DNA from: Mustelus asterias | Taxonomy: Eukaryota | NCBI RefSeq assembly: GCF_964213995.1 | Contig: NC_135812.1 | Location: 33,170,001-33,234,000, forward strand | Direction: 5' to 3' | Length of the DNA stretch: 64,000 nucleotides | Part shown: positions 15,490 through 28,810 of the stretch, one piece after another | Position numbering within the stretch: position 1 is the stretch's first letter | How the letters are laid out: each line of letters opens with the position of its first letter | Made by a program: the position numbers and the translations under genes | The notes under the pieces: generated by a model | Seen by the model: only the letters and a program-made list of their open reading frames with translations | Databases searched by the model: none | What the model was told of the DNA's origin: nothing

Positions 15490-16170
15490 TGAGGGGACTC
15501 AAGTTAAGGCAAACAAGGTATTATTTGGGTAGATCATCAGAAACCAGCTCAAAGAAGTAGATTTTAAGGAGCTTCTTAAGGGTAGAGAGGTGAAGAGACT
15601 TAGGAAGACAATTCTAGAGCTTAGGGTCTTGGCAGCTGAAGGTACAACCATCAATGATGGGGCAATTAAAATCAAGTTAATTCAAGAGGTCAGAGATTAG
15701 AGGAGCATAGATATCTCAGTGTTGTGGGGGTGGAGGAGATCCTAGAGGTAGGTAGGGGGTGAAGCCATGGGGGTAGGATTTGAAAACAAGGATGAGAATT
15801 TTAAGTGGTTAAACAGGACCTGGTGCAAGTAAGGACAGGGACAGTTGAGCTTCAGATTATCTCAAATTTATGGGGTGTAGAATGTGAGAAGTATGACAGA
15901 AGTGCATTAGTCAATTGGAGGGGCAATAAAGGCAAGCATAAGGCTTGCACAGATGAGCTGAGGCAGGAGCAAAGTTATGAAGGTAAAAATAAACAGTCGA
16001 TGTCACAGATATTTAATCAGAAGTTCATCTCAGGGACAGATGCAAGTCACCGAAGGTTGTTCTGTCTGATTCAGACTCAAACAGTGGGTTCCCCAGGAGT
16101 CTTCCTCCTCGACACCTATACTGTGGTAAGGCTCTGTGGTCGCAGTGAGGTGTTTGATACTTCAAAATAA
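15490..16170 (-). mobile_element. Degenerate L2-like LINE 3' fragment
   Basis: Shares motifs (aattctagagcttagggtcttggcagctgaagg; ttgaaaacaaggatgagaatttt) with similar decayed segments near 41300-41740, 57100-57900 and 58990-59150. Confidence 0.55.
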
Positions 16171-16697
16171 AGACTTGGAAATGTTGTTTGCTGTAACTTT
16201 GTGACAGATTAGTCATCAGGTTCTCATTGTGTACTGCAGATGCGTTTGCTATTTGTTATCTTTGAAGTGGAATGAAACTAAAATGGGAGAAAAGAAAGAA
16301 GTGGATCTATTTCCATTTGTGCTCGACTTATTGTGTGTATGTGGGGGGAGGCTTTCACTGCTCAGTAATTCATCATAAGCAACAAGAAGCAACGATTTAA
16401 CCAGCACAGAGATGGGGCAAAAAGCAACAAAATGCCCTAATAGATAATTTTTCACAATAGTTGCCTATCATGGTGATTATTTATCTCGGTTGGAGAGGGA
16501 AATCCACAAATATAAAATAGCACCGACCTCAGAAAGTCAATCAAACACATTCTGGAGGCCCAAACAGTCCTTTCCTGCCCACCCACTGCTGAAACTGTCA
16601 CCTTCCAGAATATTCCCAAACAAAGGGAGTTATTTGTGTGAAGAAGTTAATATTTATGATCTGAGGGGGTTCAGTCACTGTTCCCGGGGATACTCAC

Positions 16698-16925
16698 CCA
16701 CACCGAGCCCCGGCCTGGAGTTACAGCCGCTTCCCGTCCCAAGCGGCAGCCTGGCCTCGCCAACCGCGGCCTTACAACGACACCAAGCCGCCCGGGGGTG
16801 GCCCAGCCACCGTGACCGAAGAGCAGGGCCTTCTTACCGCCACCATCCGACACTCATTCCTCTCACTGCCAGAACATCCAACACCGCGGCTGCACTGAGC
16901 GGCCAGAGCGCACCCTCCTGGTGGG
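16698..16925 (-). promoter_or_regulatory. CpG-rich segment; probable non-coding first exon/promoter of the NF2-like gene
   Basis: Local GC/CpG enrichment and a strong minus-strand donor TGG|GTGAGTA at 16697. The first coding exon begins with an acceptor, so it needs an upstream exon. Confidence 0.6.
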
Positions 16926-16935
16926 ATGTACAGTC

Positions 16936-17018
16936 ATGATGTGGAAATGCCGGCCTTGGACTGGGGTAAACACAGTAAGCAGTCTAACAACACCAGGTTA
17001 AAGTCCAACAGGTTTATT
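16936..17018 (-). mobile_element. Penelope terminal fragment
   Basis: tgatgtggaaatgccggccttggactggggtaaacacagtaag...aaagtccaacaggtttatt, flanked by the 9-bp direct repeat tgtacagtc (16927-16935 and 17019-17027). Confidence 0.85.
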
Positions 17019-17029
17019 TGTACAGTCCG

Positions 17030-18900
17030 CAGCCCCAGCAATACAGTCCATCACCCACCCATTCCACCAGCAATACAGCCCATCACCCCACCATCCCCCA
17101 GCAATACAGGCCATCACCCCATCCCCCAGCAATACAGTCCATCATCCCCCAGCAAAACAGGCCATCATCCCCCAGCAATACAGTCCATCACCCACCCATT
17201 CCACCAGCAATACAGCCCATCACCCCACCATCCCCCAGCAATACAGCCCATCACCCCACCATCCCCCAGCAATACAGCCCATCACCCCACCATCCCCCAG
17301 CAATACAGTCCATCACCCCCCAATCCCCTAGCAATACTGTCCTTCACCCCCCATCCCCCAACAATACAGCCCATCACCCCAGCAATACAGCCCATCGGCC
17401 CCATCCCCCAGCAATACAGCCCATCACCCCACCATCCCCCAGCAATACAGCCCATCACCCCAGCAATACAGCCCATCGGCCCCATCCCCCAGCAATACAG
17501 TCCATCACCCCATCCCCCAGCAATACAGTCCATCACCCCACCATCCCCCAGCAATACAGCCCATCACCCCCATCCCCGAACAATACTGTCCATCACCCCC
17601 CATCCTCTAGCAATGCAGTCCATCACCCCCACCCCCCAGCAATACAGTCCATCACCCCCATCCCCGAGCAATGCCACCCATCACCCCCCATCCCCCAGCA
17701 ATACAGTCCATCATCCCTCCATTCCCCCAGCAATACGGTCCATCACGCCCCCCCAATCCCCTAGCAATACAGTCCATCACACCTCTCCATCCCCAAGCAA
17801 TAGTCCATCAGTCCCTCCCCCCCATCCCCCAGCAATACAGTCCATCACCGCCCCCCCCATTTCCCTAGCAGTAGAGTCCATCACTCCTATCCCCCAGCAA
17901 TAGTCCATCACCTCCCCATCCCCCAGCAATACAGTCCATCATCCCCCCCATCCCCCAGCAATACAGTCCATCACCCCCCAGCAATAGTCCATCACCTCCC
18001 CATCCCCCAGCAATACTGTCTTTCACCCCCCATCACCCAGCAATACAGTTCATCACCCCCCATCCCCCAGCAATACAGTCCATCACCCCCCCATCCCCCA
18101 GCAATACAGTCCATCACCCCCCCAATCCCCTAGCAATACAGTCCATCACCCCCCCCCAATCCCCTAGCAATACAGCCCATCACCCCCCCCCATCACCCAG
18201 CAATACAGTCCATCACCCCCCCAATCCCCTAGCAATACAGCCCATCACCCCCCCATCACCCAGCAATACAGTCCATCACCCCCCCAATCCCCTAGCAATA
18301 CTGTCCTTCACCCCCCCATCACCCAGCAATACAGTCCATCACCCCCCATCACCCAGCAATACAGTCCATCACCCCCCATCCCCCAACAATACAGTCCATC
18401 ACCCCCCATCACCCAGCAATACAGTCCATCACCCCCATCCCCCAACAATACAGTCCATCACCCCATCCCCAATAATACAGTCCATCACCCCCATCCCCCA
18501 ACAATACAGTCCATCACCCCCATCCCCCAACAGTACAGTCCATCACCCCCATCCCCCAGCAATACAGTCCATCACCCCCATCCCCCAACAATACAGCCCA
18601 TCACCCCCCATCCCATAGCAATGCAGTCCATCAGCCCCCCCAACCCCCTAGCAATGCATTCCATCACCTCCCCATCCCCCAGCAATATAGTCCATCACCA
18701 ACCCCCCCCCCCTCCCCCCCCGCAGCAATACAGTCCATCACCCCCTATCTCTCAGCAATACAGTCCTGCCAGCCCCCAGCCCCATTCCCCCAGCAATAGA
18801 ATCCTGTTAGCACTCACCCCCATTCCTCCAGTAATGCAGTCCTCTCAGCCCCCCAATTCCTCCATCAATGCAGTCTTTTCTGCCCCCTTCATTCCCCCAG
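17030..18900. repeat. C-rich minisatellite, ~29-33 bp unit, decaying towards ~20200
   Basis: Dozens of tandem copies of ccccagcaatacagtccatcacccccat with variable C-run lengths. Confidence 0.95.
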
Positions 18901-20927
18901 CAATGCAACCTTATCAGCTCCCCTCATTCCCCCATCAAGAGTCCCGCCTGCTCCCCTTCAAAACCCCAGCAATTGCTCCAGCTAAACAGCTCCCTTCAGC
19001 CCCACCCCCAGTATTGCAATTCTCTTTTCCATATCCTAGCAACAGAGCTCCACTCAATCTTCTCCATGCATTGCAGCTATCTTTCTCCACCCAGCCACAT
19101 AGCTCTCCTCACCTCTACCCAGTCACTGTTCCTCTCACTCCCAGCAAAACAACTTTCCTCACTCCTCCACTAGCTACGCAACTTGTCTCACCTGCACAAC
19201 AGCACAATTCCTCATACCTAGTAGCAGAGCTCCCCTCATTGCCTCTACCAGCAGTACAGCTCCCCTTGCTCCAACAACACGGTTTCTTTCACTTCCCAGC
19301 AATGCAGCTTTCTCTCACCAACTCCTCAGCAATGGAGCTCCAGCATCTCATTAGAAGCAACACAACTTCCCCCCACCTCAAGCTACCCCACAGTCCTTAC
19401 CGACAGTGCAGCTGCTGCATTATCCTCTTATATGCAACAACATCCCAACCAAACTGCTTTCAACTGGCCCTCACCCCAAAACATTACAGCTCCATTTATC
19501 CTGCTGTCCAAAGTCCCACTACGAACAGCACAACCCACACAACCAACTACACTGCTCCCAACAGGATCCACTCTCAAACCAAAGTCAAACAGTCGTCATC
19601 TCAAAATTGCAGCTCTTGCAAAAATCACAAACCTAGCAAGATAGCTACTTACACAATCTAACAACACAGCTCCTGAAAACCCATTCTCCAGAAACTCTTC
19701 ATGCAGTCTCCAAACTTCACAATACCTCCAACCCCAGAAATGTTACATCTACGTCGTGCTATTTCAATCATGGTAACTCTTGCTTCCACATAACTCACCA
19801 AGCAATTCAGCCACCATACAAGTCCTGATACCATCACTAACATGTTTAATGCACAGCTCACTTAATCCTTTTTTGGGAACATAGTTCACATCCAACATAG
19901 CTCCTACACAACCCAATAACTACAGGAATGCAGCTCCCACACGGGCCACACCAGCAGCAACACTGCAGTATAGTTTTCACGCTTTATCGATATAGGTTGC
20001 ATCCCCAAAAACTGTTGTCCACATAACCCTTCACCCCAACAACATAGCTCCCACAGTGTCTCCAACTGCAAGCGCACAGCTCAAACCTCAGCCCCCATAC
20101 TTCTGATAAGTTCACATCTATAATACTGGGAACAAAGCCATACTCCCAGTAAGAAAACTTCATGCAGCAAATACCCATATCGCTTGCAACATAGGTTGGG
20201 CATTAGCTACCAACATGATTTCCGCACAAATTCTTAGTGCTAAAAGATCTCGTTGTTCTGATTTATAATTTTCTCTGTATAGAATTATCATGGAACAGAA
20301 CCTAACACTATATTTTTATTGAAAAATATATCCTCATGGCTACTTTTTATTTTAAACTGGACCTTTCGGCTGAACAAAGACCATTAAGTTCACTGACCCT
20401 ATGTCTATGAGTTATTGCTTGTGAGTCGCCAGAAAAAAAAGTCACTTTCAGAAGTCAGAGATGTCACACCTTGTTATTTCTCAACAGACCAGGGGACTGC
20501 ACAGCTCGAGTTCAAAGCAAGCTACACAAAGGCTATTTGTATTTGATAAACCAGGCCTGCAGCAGAGTCAAAGAATCTAGGGAGACAATGACTTCCCAAA
20601 CCAGACCCTCAACAAATAGCACCTCTTTCAACCCATAATTGCTCAGATGCTATCAACCTGGAACACGAAGCCAATTTCAAGACACTGGATACATATCTTA
20701 AATGAAGAAGTATCATACAGACTCAAACATTATTCTTGTTTCTCTCCCCACAGGTGCTGCCAAGCCTGTTAAGTTTTACTGTGTAAACAACCTTTGTTGA
20801 AGACCTCTTGGAGATGTACAGTCACATGACCTAAGATTCTGGCTTGTTGAACAAGTTAATGTTGCCTTCCTGAGCTGCAAGCCAATCTGCTATTTCAACA
20901 TATGACTGTCTGCTGTTTCAACATAAG

Positions 20928-21191
20928 TAAGAAGTCTCACAACACCAGGTTAAAGTCCAACAGGTTTATTTGGTAGCAAATACCATAAGCTTTCGGAGCG
21001 CTGCTCCTTTGTCAGATGGAGTGGAAATGTGCTCTCAAACGGTGCACAGAGACACAAAATCAAGTTACAGAATACTAATTAGAATGCGAATCCCTACAGC
21101 CAGCCAGGTCTTAAAGGTACAGACAATGTGGGTGGAGGGAGCAATAAACACAGGTTAAAGAGATGTGTATTGTCTCCAGACAGAACAGCCC
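20928..21191 (-). mobile_element. Inverted Penelope 3'/pseudo-LTR segment
   Basis: Reverse complement aligns to 23545-23810 with many substitutions; bracketed by the 13-bp repeat gtttcaacataag (20915-20927 and 21192-21204). Confidence 0.85.
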
Positions 21192-21204
21192 GTTTCAACA
21201 TAAG

Positions 21205-23833
21205 AACAGGAAACTTGAGAAACTCGATATCACCACCAGCAGCAATCAAGCCTCCCCGGTTACCACAGTAGAAAACAGTACCACTGCAGGGAAGTCCATT
21301 GTCAACTTGTTGGATACACACTTCAACCAGGTGAAATCGAAGTTCTCAGCCGAGGGCTCAATCTTTGCCCCACCACCAAAATAGACCCCATCACAGCAGA
21401 CACAGAAGAATTCATCAGGCGAATGAGGCTGCGGGAGTTCTTCCACAAACCCCAAGAGGCCAACAGTGAACACAATGAGACAGCCAATGAACCGGAACAG
21501 CCGACAGAGAGATCCGCAGTGCAACCGAAGAGGAAAGAGTCGAATTGGACTCCTCCGGAAGGCCACTGCCCTCGACTTGACATGTATGCCCAAGCCATCA
21601 GGAGGTGCATCAACACCAAATTCATCAGCTGCACTCACAAGACAGCACCGAACATCACCCAAGCACAACGCAATGCCATCCACGCTCTCAAAACCAACCG
21701 CAAAAATGTCATCAAACCAGCAGACAAAGGAAGGGCCATCGTCATACTGAACAGAACGGATTACTGCAAAGAAGTGTACCGACAACTGAACAACGAGGAA
21801 CACTACAGACAGTTACCCACAGATCCGACCAAAGAACACACCCGTCAACTCAACACTCTGATCAAGACCTTTGATCTGGACCTTCAGAGCACCCTCCGTG
21901 CTCTCATCCCACGTACTCCCCGCGTTGGAGATCTCTACTGCCTCCCGAAGATACACAAGGGAAACACACCCAGCCGTCCCATCGTATCAGGCAATGGGAC
22001 CCTGTCCGGCTATGTCGAGGGTATCATGAAACCCATTGTACAAAGAACCCCCAGCTTTTGTCGCGACACTACGGACTTCCTACAGAAACTCAGCGCACAT
22101 GGAGCAGTTGAACCAGGAGCACTCCTCGTCACAATGGATGTCTTGGCACTCTACACCAGCATTCCCCATGATGATGGCATTGCTGCAAAGGCCTCAGTAC
22201 TCAACGCCGACAACTGCCAGTTTCCAGATGCAATTTTACAACTCATCCGCTTTATCCTGGACCAAAATGTCTTCATCTTCAACGACCAGTTCTTCATCCA
22301 GACACACGGAACAGCCATGGGGACCAAATTCGCACCTCAATATGCCAACATCTTCATGCACAGGTTGGAACAAGACTTCTTCACCGCACAGGACCTTCAA
22401 CCGATGCTATACACTAGATACATCGATGACATTTTCTTCCTTTGGATTCATGGTGAACAATCACTGAAACAACTATATGATGACATCAACAAGTTCCATC
22501 CCACCATAAGACTCATCATGGACTACTCTCCGGAATCGGTTGCATTCTTGGACACACGCATCTCCATTAAGGACAGTCACCTCAGCACCTCACTGTACCA
22601 CAAGCCCACAGATAACCTCACGATGCTCCACTTCTCCAGCTTCCACCCTAAACACGTTAAAGAAGCCATCCCCTACGGACAAGCCCTCCGTACACACAGG
22701 ATCTGCTCAGATGAGGAGGATCGCAACAGACACCTCCAGACGCTGAAAGATGCCCTCATAAGAACAGGATATGGCGCTTGACTCATCGATCGACAGTTCT
22801 GACACGCCACAGCGAAAAACCGCACCGACCTCCTCAGAAGACAAGCACGGGACACGGTGGACAGAGTACCCTTCGTCGTCCAGTACTTCCCTGGAGCGGT
22901 GAAGCTACGGCATCTCCTCCAGAGCCTTCAACATATCATTGATGAAGACGAACATCTCGCCAAGGCCATCCCCACACCCCCACTTCTTGCCTTCAAACAA
23001 CCGCACAACCTCAAACAGACCATTGTCCACAGCAAACTACCCAGCCTTCAGGAGAACAGTGACCACGACACCACACAACCCTGCCACAGCAAACTCTGCA
23101 AGACGTGCCGGATCATCGACACGGATGCCATCATCTCACGTGAGAACACCATCTACCAGGTACACGGTACCTACTCTTGCAACTCGGCCAACGTTGTCTA
23201 CCTGATACGCTGCAGGAAAGGATGTCCCGAGGCATGGTACATAGGGGAAACCATGCAGATGCTACGACAACGGATGAATGAACACCACTCGACAATCACC
23301 AGGCAAGATTGTTCTCTTCCTGTTGGGGAGCACTTCAGCGGTCACGGGCATTCGGCCTCTGATCTTCGGGTAAGCGTTCTCCAAGGCGGCCTTCATGACA
23401 CACGACAGCACAAAGTCACTGAGCAGAAACTGATAGCCAAGTTCCGCACACATGAGGACGGCCTGAACCGGGATCTTGGGTTCATGTCACACTGTCACAC
23501 ATGTCACAACCCCCATAGCTTGCCTGGACCTGCAGAATCTCACTGGCTGTCCTGTCTGGAGATAATACACATTTCTTTAACCTGTGCCTATTGCTCTCTC
23601 CACTCACATTGTCTGTATCTTTAAGACTTGATTAGTTGTAAAGATTCGCATTCTAATCAGTATTCTGTAACTTGAGTTTGTGTCTCTGTATGCCTTGTTT
23701 ATGAGCAGATATCCATTCCATCTGACGAAGGAGCAGCGCTCCGAAAGCTAATGGCATTTGCTACCAAATAAACCTGTTGGACTTTAACCTGGTGTTGTTA
23801 AAACTCTTACTGTGTTTACCCCAGTCCAACGCC
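21205..23833 (+). mobile_element. Penelope-like retroelement, 5' truncated and disabled (RT + GIY-YIG endonuclease)
   Basis: ORF 21423-22781 has Penelope RT motifs (KPADKG, LPKIHK, RPIVS, GTAMG, YIDD). The same frame continues after two TGA stops into ORF 22857-23624 with GIY-YIG motifs (VVYLIRC...WYIGET, RMNEH). The 3' terminal repeat ends ccagtccaacgcc. Confidence 0.95.
23718..23754 (+). ncRNA. Minimal type I hammerhead ribozyme motif in the Penelope terminal repeat
   Basis: CCAU-CUGACGA-A-GGAGC(agc)GCUCC-GAAA-GCU-A-AUGG: conserved core, helix I CCAU/AUGG, helix II, and palindromic AGCU helix III as described for Penelope hammerheads. One extra A follows the core. Confidence 0.7.
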
Positions 23834-26226
23834 GACAGTCATTAGGACACAGCAGTAGTACTGGAGATACAGGATTCACATCAACATATGACGAGCAGGC
23901 ATGCAGAAGGTGCTCTGGCCAGGTTGGACACCTGACCCCATCACACCGGAACTCTGCTGGAAGTTCTACACTGTTGTCTACAAAAACTCAATTATCTCTG
24001 CATGCCTATTTCTCCTCTGTGAACTGAACACCACCGGAAAAATGCATTTTACAACAGTGGTTTTTAGCCACCAACCTCAGTGAAGGAATTCCTCACCGGA
24101 CTTTGATTCTGGACTCTGGAACTTACATGAACCAATATTTATTTTCTCTGCTGTCCATCTTTTCTCTATCCATCCTTTACTGAATTGAGGGGGGGGGGGG
24201 GGTGGACCCTCCTTTTTGCAATTTTTGAATGTGTACAATAAACTAACCTTTTGAGGTCATCCTACCTTGAATTTGCCGTGGGGCTATTGGTAAGAATTAG
24301 ATCACACAAGAAAATGAGGAGTTGGGAAATATGGCACCACTTGTTAAAAAAGAAACAAAATACCCTTCTGTTTACAGATGGGTGATTAGGGGAAAAATTA
24401 GTGCTGTTTGAATGGACATTTCCCAAACAGACTGTAAAGAAGAGGTCGCATGATGAATAATGTTGTGATATCAGTGCTATGTCATAATCCTCTTTATAAA
24501 GAAGTTACCTGTCATGTGACCCACCCCAAAATGTTAACTGGTGCTGATTGTGTGAAAATCACGGCTGTTAGAGGAAATTTTGTTTCATAATTGGGACATA
24601 ATGTCATTTAATGCACAAGGTCATGAATTTAAGGTCATTAAATGTATCCAATTCTAATTTTATTAACTGATAACCTGAAATTTTTATTGTTTTTTTAAGG
24701 GATTAAATTCCACAATTGTTCATTTGTCTGTGAAAAGTTTAAAAGTGTCCTTCGTTATTCATGTGTTCATAAATGAGTGGCTTAATTTTTATATGTGCTT
24801 CGTCATCTCTAATTTTAATTTTGATCTCTTACAATTTTTCCGAAGCAGGGCAAGATGTACCAGGTTGGAGTCAAGTGCCGAATGGTATTAAGGAACGGAA
24901 TCATGGAGTTTCCAAGACTGTCGTAGGAGATAGGTAGGAAACATCACATTACACCTTACGTTGGCATGAAATATTATTTGGACATCTGACAAGATTTTCC
25001 GCTCCCATTGCTGATCCTGTCTGATGAAAATGGGAGCAGAAAATCCCCCCAATGACTTTAGTTTAGATGCATGCATGGTAATGAGAGTTTACGACGTGAA
25101 AGCAAACAAGGATTAAAGAAAACTAAGCTGTTGCTTGGCAACCATCGCCATCCTGGGACAGAAAGAACTTTTAAATTAGTTGTCAGCTGGAGCCAGGAGA
25201 AGCTTGACAGGATAAGGCAGTTGCAGAGGGCAGACTTGTCAAAAGAACAAAAGAAAGTCCCAAAAAACAGGGAGTGGGGACAAAGAAAAATGTCTCAGGA
25301 AGACAGTTAAATTAAAAGAACAAAGAACAAGAAGTTAACCAGGTACTATCTGAAGTTAAAATAAAAAGCAGAGAAATTGCTCTGAGTTAAAGAGAGAGCT
25401 GCAAGAACCAGATTTAAAGTTGTCTAGCTGAGAAGGCAGTGTAAATCAATGTAAATCAAAAGTTTGGTGATGCCTTAACACAGCCTGTGAAATGGTAGTG
25501 TTCTGTTAGCATGCTTGGGTACCTGACAGATTGTGTGGCAGCTTGAATGCTCGTGGCAATCCAAGGCATAAGGATATTGAAAGGATAAATTGAAATCCTG
25601 GAGCTTTATGCTTGGTGGTGGCATCTGAGTGAAAGCTTTGTTTGGGGGAAGATTCCAAGTGTGTTCTTAAAAGGTGGAATTTCGAAACACTTGCTTGAAA
25701 GTCAGAATTCCAGTGAGACCAGTCAGCTCACAGTGGGACCAGTCAGCTCACAGTGGGATAAGCATCTGAGGAGATTTGATGAGAAATCCACAGAAGTTGT
25801 ATTGGGTGGCATCTGTCACTTGGTTTCAGAATGTGGTAAGTCTAACAACAGTTGGCCTATTGGTTTACATGAACTGTGTACTTACTGAGAACATTAGAGG
25901 ATAAGACATATTTTGCGACTTGTGTTATCCTTACAAATCTGTGTACATTTGTAAAGAAATAGTGGGGTAAAGGAGTAGTGTATTCTTGTTAACATCTGTT
26001 GGATGTAACTCCCTCATTATATGGTGCTGTTAAATGGCTAACAATATTAACATCTGATATAAAATTGATATGGCCATAAAAGAAGCATTAGCACTTTGTA
26101 GCCTGACAGCTTGATTTCTCCAACTATTTTCTACTAAGGAAAGAATGTAAAGATACAAAAAAGAGTAAGTTAAAACTTCTAGTAATGATACTCTTAGTAA
26201 GCTGCTGGGATATTTTACTCTGTTGG

Positions 26227-27338
26227 AACATAGAACAGTACAGCACAGAACAGGCCCTTCGGCCCACGATGTTGTGCCGAGCTTTATCTGAAACCAAGAT
26301 CAAGCTATCCCACTTCCTATCATCCTGGTATGCTCCATGTGCCTATCCAATAACCGCTTAAATGTTCCTAAAGTGTCTGACTCCACTATCACTGCGGGCA
26401 GTCCATTCCACACCCCAACCACTCTCTGCGTAAAGAACCTACCTCTGATATCCTTCCTATATCTCCCACCATGAACCCTATAGTTATGCCCCCTTGTAAT
26501 AGCTCCATCCACCCGAGGAAATAGTCTTTGAACGTTCACTCTATCTATCCCCTTCATCATTTTATAAACCTCTATTAAGTCTCCCCTCAGCCTCCTCCAC
26601 TCCAGAGAGAACAGCCCTAGCTCCCTCAACCTTTCCTCATAAGACCTACCCTCCAAACCAGGCAGCATCCTGGTAAATCTCCTCTGCACTCTTTCCAGCG
26701 CTTCCACATCCTTCTTATAGTGAGGTGACCAGAACTGCACACAATATTCCAAATGTGGTCTCACCAAGGTCCTGTACAGTTGCAGCATAACCCCACGGCT
26801 CTTAAACTCCAACCCCCTGTTAATAAAAGCTAACACACTATAGGCCTTCTTCACAGCTCTATCCACTTGAGTGGCAACCTTTAGAGATCTGTGGCTATGG
26901 ACCCCAAGATCTCTCTGTTCCTCCACAGTCTTCAGAACCCTACCTTTGACCCTGTAATCCACATTTAAATTTGTCCTACCAAAATGAATCACCTTACATT
27001 TATCAGGGTTAAACTCCATTTGCCATTCTTCAGCCCAGTTTTGCATCCTATCTATGTCTCTTTGCAGCCTACAACAGCCCTCCACCTCATCCACTACTCC
27101 ACCAATCTTGGTGTCATCAGCAAATTTACTGATCCACCCTTCAGCCCCCTCCTCTAAGTCATTAATAAAAATCACAAAGAGCAGAGGACCAAGCACTGAT
27201 CCCTGTGGCACTCCGCTAACAACTTGCCTCCAGTCCTAAAATTTTCCATCCACCACCATCCTCTGTCTTCGATCAGATAGCCAGTTACCTATCCAATCGG
27301 CCAACTTTCCCTCTATCCCACACCTCCTTACTTTCATC
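26227..27338 (-). mobile_element. 5'-truncated CR1 LINE (RT C-terminal half, open frame 26300-27211)
   Basis: PQGSVLGPLLF, SKFADDTK, RPHLEYCVQFW motifs; tgttcta-type 3' tail. Confidence 0.95.
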
Positions 27339-27422
27339 CTGTTAAAGACACTAAATATATTGATAGACTGATACAGCACAGAATGAATCACCTTAAATCT
27401 GTGTTCTCTGGTTGCTGCCTCT

Positions 27423-27742
27423 TAGAATCATAGAATCCCTTCAGTGCAAAAGGAGGCCATTTGGCCCACCGTGTCTGCTCCGACTTCCCGATACAGCATC
27501 TTACTCTGGCCCACCCCACGCATTTACCCCATTAATCCCCCTAACCTAGACATCTTGGGACAATAAGGGATAATTTAGCATGGCCAGTCCACCTAACCTG
27601 CACATCTTTGGACTTTGGGAGGAAACTGGAATACCTGGAGGAAACCCATGCAGAAACGGGAGACTATCCAAACTCCATACAGTCACCCAATCTGGGTCCT
27701 TGGCACTGAGGCAGCAATGCTAACCACTGTGCCACCAAGCTG
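27423..27742 (-). mobile_element. HE1-type SINE
   Basis: Same head, core and tail as 10787-11106, in reverse orientation. Confidence 0.85.
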
Positions 27743-28346
27743 CTCGCCATCAGAAAGTTTTTTATTTATTCTATTAAAATCATTTTGAACACTTTTATCA
27801 AATATTTATTTAACCAAGTCTGAGCAGGGCTCATCAGCCCATATACGAGTGGTATGAATGTTATCTTTCCTTTTCACTGTGTATGTAAAAAAATCTGATC
27901 CATGCAAAATTGAAAATGTAAACCATGAAGTATCCATCTCTTTGCTGGCATTTGCAGGCTTTCCCTGCAAACCCACAGTTTCTTTGACTGATTTGTCTAC
28001 TGTGAAGTCCGAGGAAAAGAAAAAGACTTCCCGGAGTATTTCAAGCCAATGAAGGTATTTTAAATTGAATGGCATTATTATCACATAACAAATCAGGAGT
28101 CAATTTATGCACATTAAACGTCCACAAACAGCAATGTGATGATGACCAGATTATCTGTTTTTCTGTGATACAGGAGGAAATAGTGGTAATGTCACTGAAC
28201 TAGTTTTCCAGAGACCCAGGCTAATGCTCTAGGACATGGGTTCAAAGCCTACAACAGGAGCTGGTGGAATTTGAATTCAATTAATAAATCTGGAATATAA
28301 AGCAATGGTGACCATAAAACGATCACTGATTCCCTAATATTCTTTA

Positions 28347-28810
28347 GGAGTTTGCACGTTCTGCCCGTGTCTGCGTGGGTTTCCTCCCGGGTGCTCTGGT
28401 TTCCTCCCATCATCCAAACATGTGTGGGTTAGGCCTCTTTTAGGGCAAACCAAATAAACCAACTCAAATTAACTCAGGGATAAAGTAAAAGGGGCAGCTC
28501 TCCAAAAGGAGGGGGAACAGCCCGAAAGGAACAGAAGTACAAAGGAACCTTAAAACATCAAATCATAATGTGATTATCGGGGTCTATAATGCACCCCAGC
28601 CCCTGCGATGCCCAACGGGCGCAGAAGGCGAATGTGTGGGTTAGGTGCATTGGCCAAACTAAATTGCCACTTAGTATAGAGGGGGGGGGGTGGCGGTAAG
28701 GGTTAGCAAGGTAAATAGGTGGGGTTATGGGGATAGGGCTGTGCGTGATTGTTGTTTGGTGTAGATTTAATAGGCCGATTGGCCTCCTGCACTTCAGGGA
28801 TTCTATGTAG
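28347..28810 (+). mobile_element. HE1-type SINE (headless), interrupted by another insertion
   Basis: V-domain core gagtttgcacgttctgcccgtgtctgcgtgggtttcctcc resumes after 28632 and ends in the gggattctatg tail. Confidence 0.8.
28434..28631 (-). mobile_element. Probable Tx1/L1-clade 3' end fragment nested in the SINE
   Basis: 14-bp target duplication atgtgtgggttagg (28420-28433 and 28632-28645). The minus strand reads AFCARWASQGLGCIIDPDNHIMI* followed by a T-rich 3' UTR; family assignment is from recalled similarity. Confidence 0.65.

Noticed and set aside
17030-18900. CRISPR-like array
   Set aside because: Eukaryotic context, no unique spacers and no cas genes; it is a plain tandem repeat.
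16926-19661. Long Pro/Ser/His-rich ORFs (325, 248 and 346 aa) resembling extensin or mucin
   Set aside because: They are translations of the C-rich minisatellite, open in several frames because the unit lacks stops; the first starts at a Penelope stub.
25717-25758. 20-bp tandem duplication gaccagtcagctcacagtgg x2
   Set aside because: Ordinary slippage duplication inside a probable repeat.
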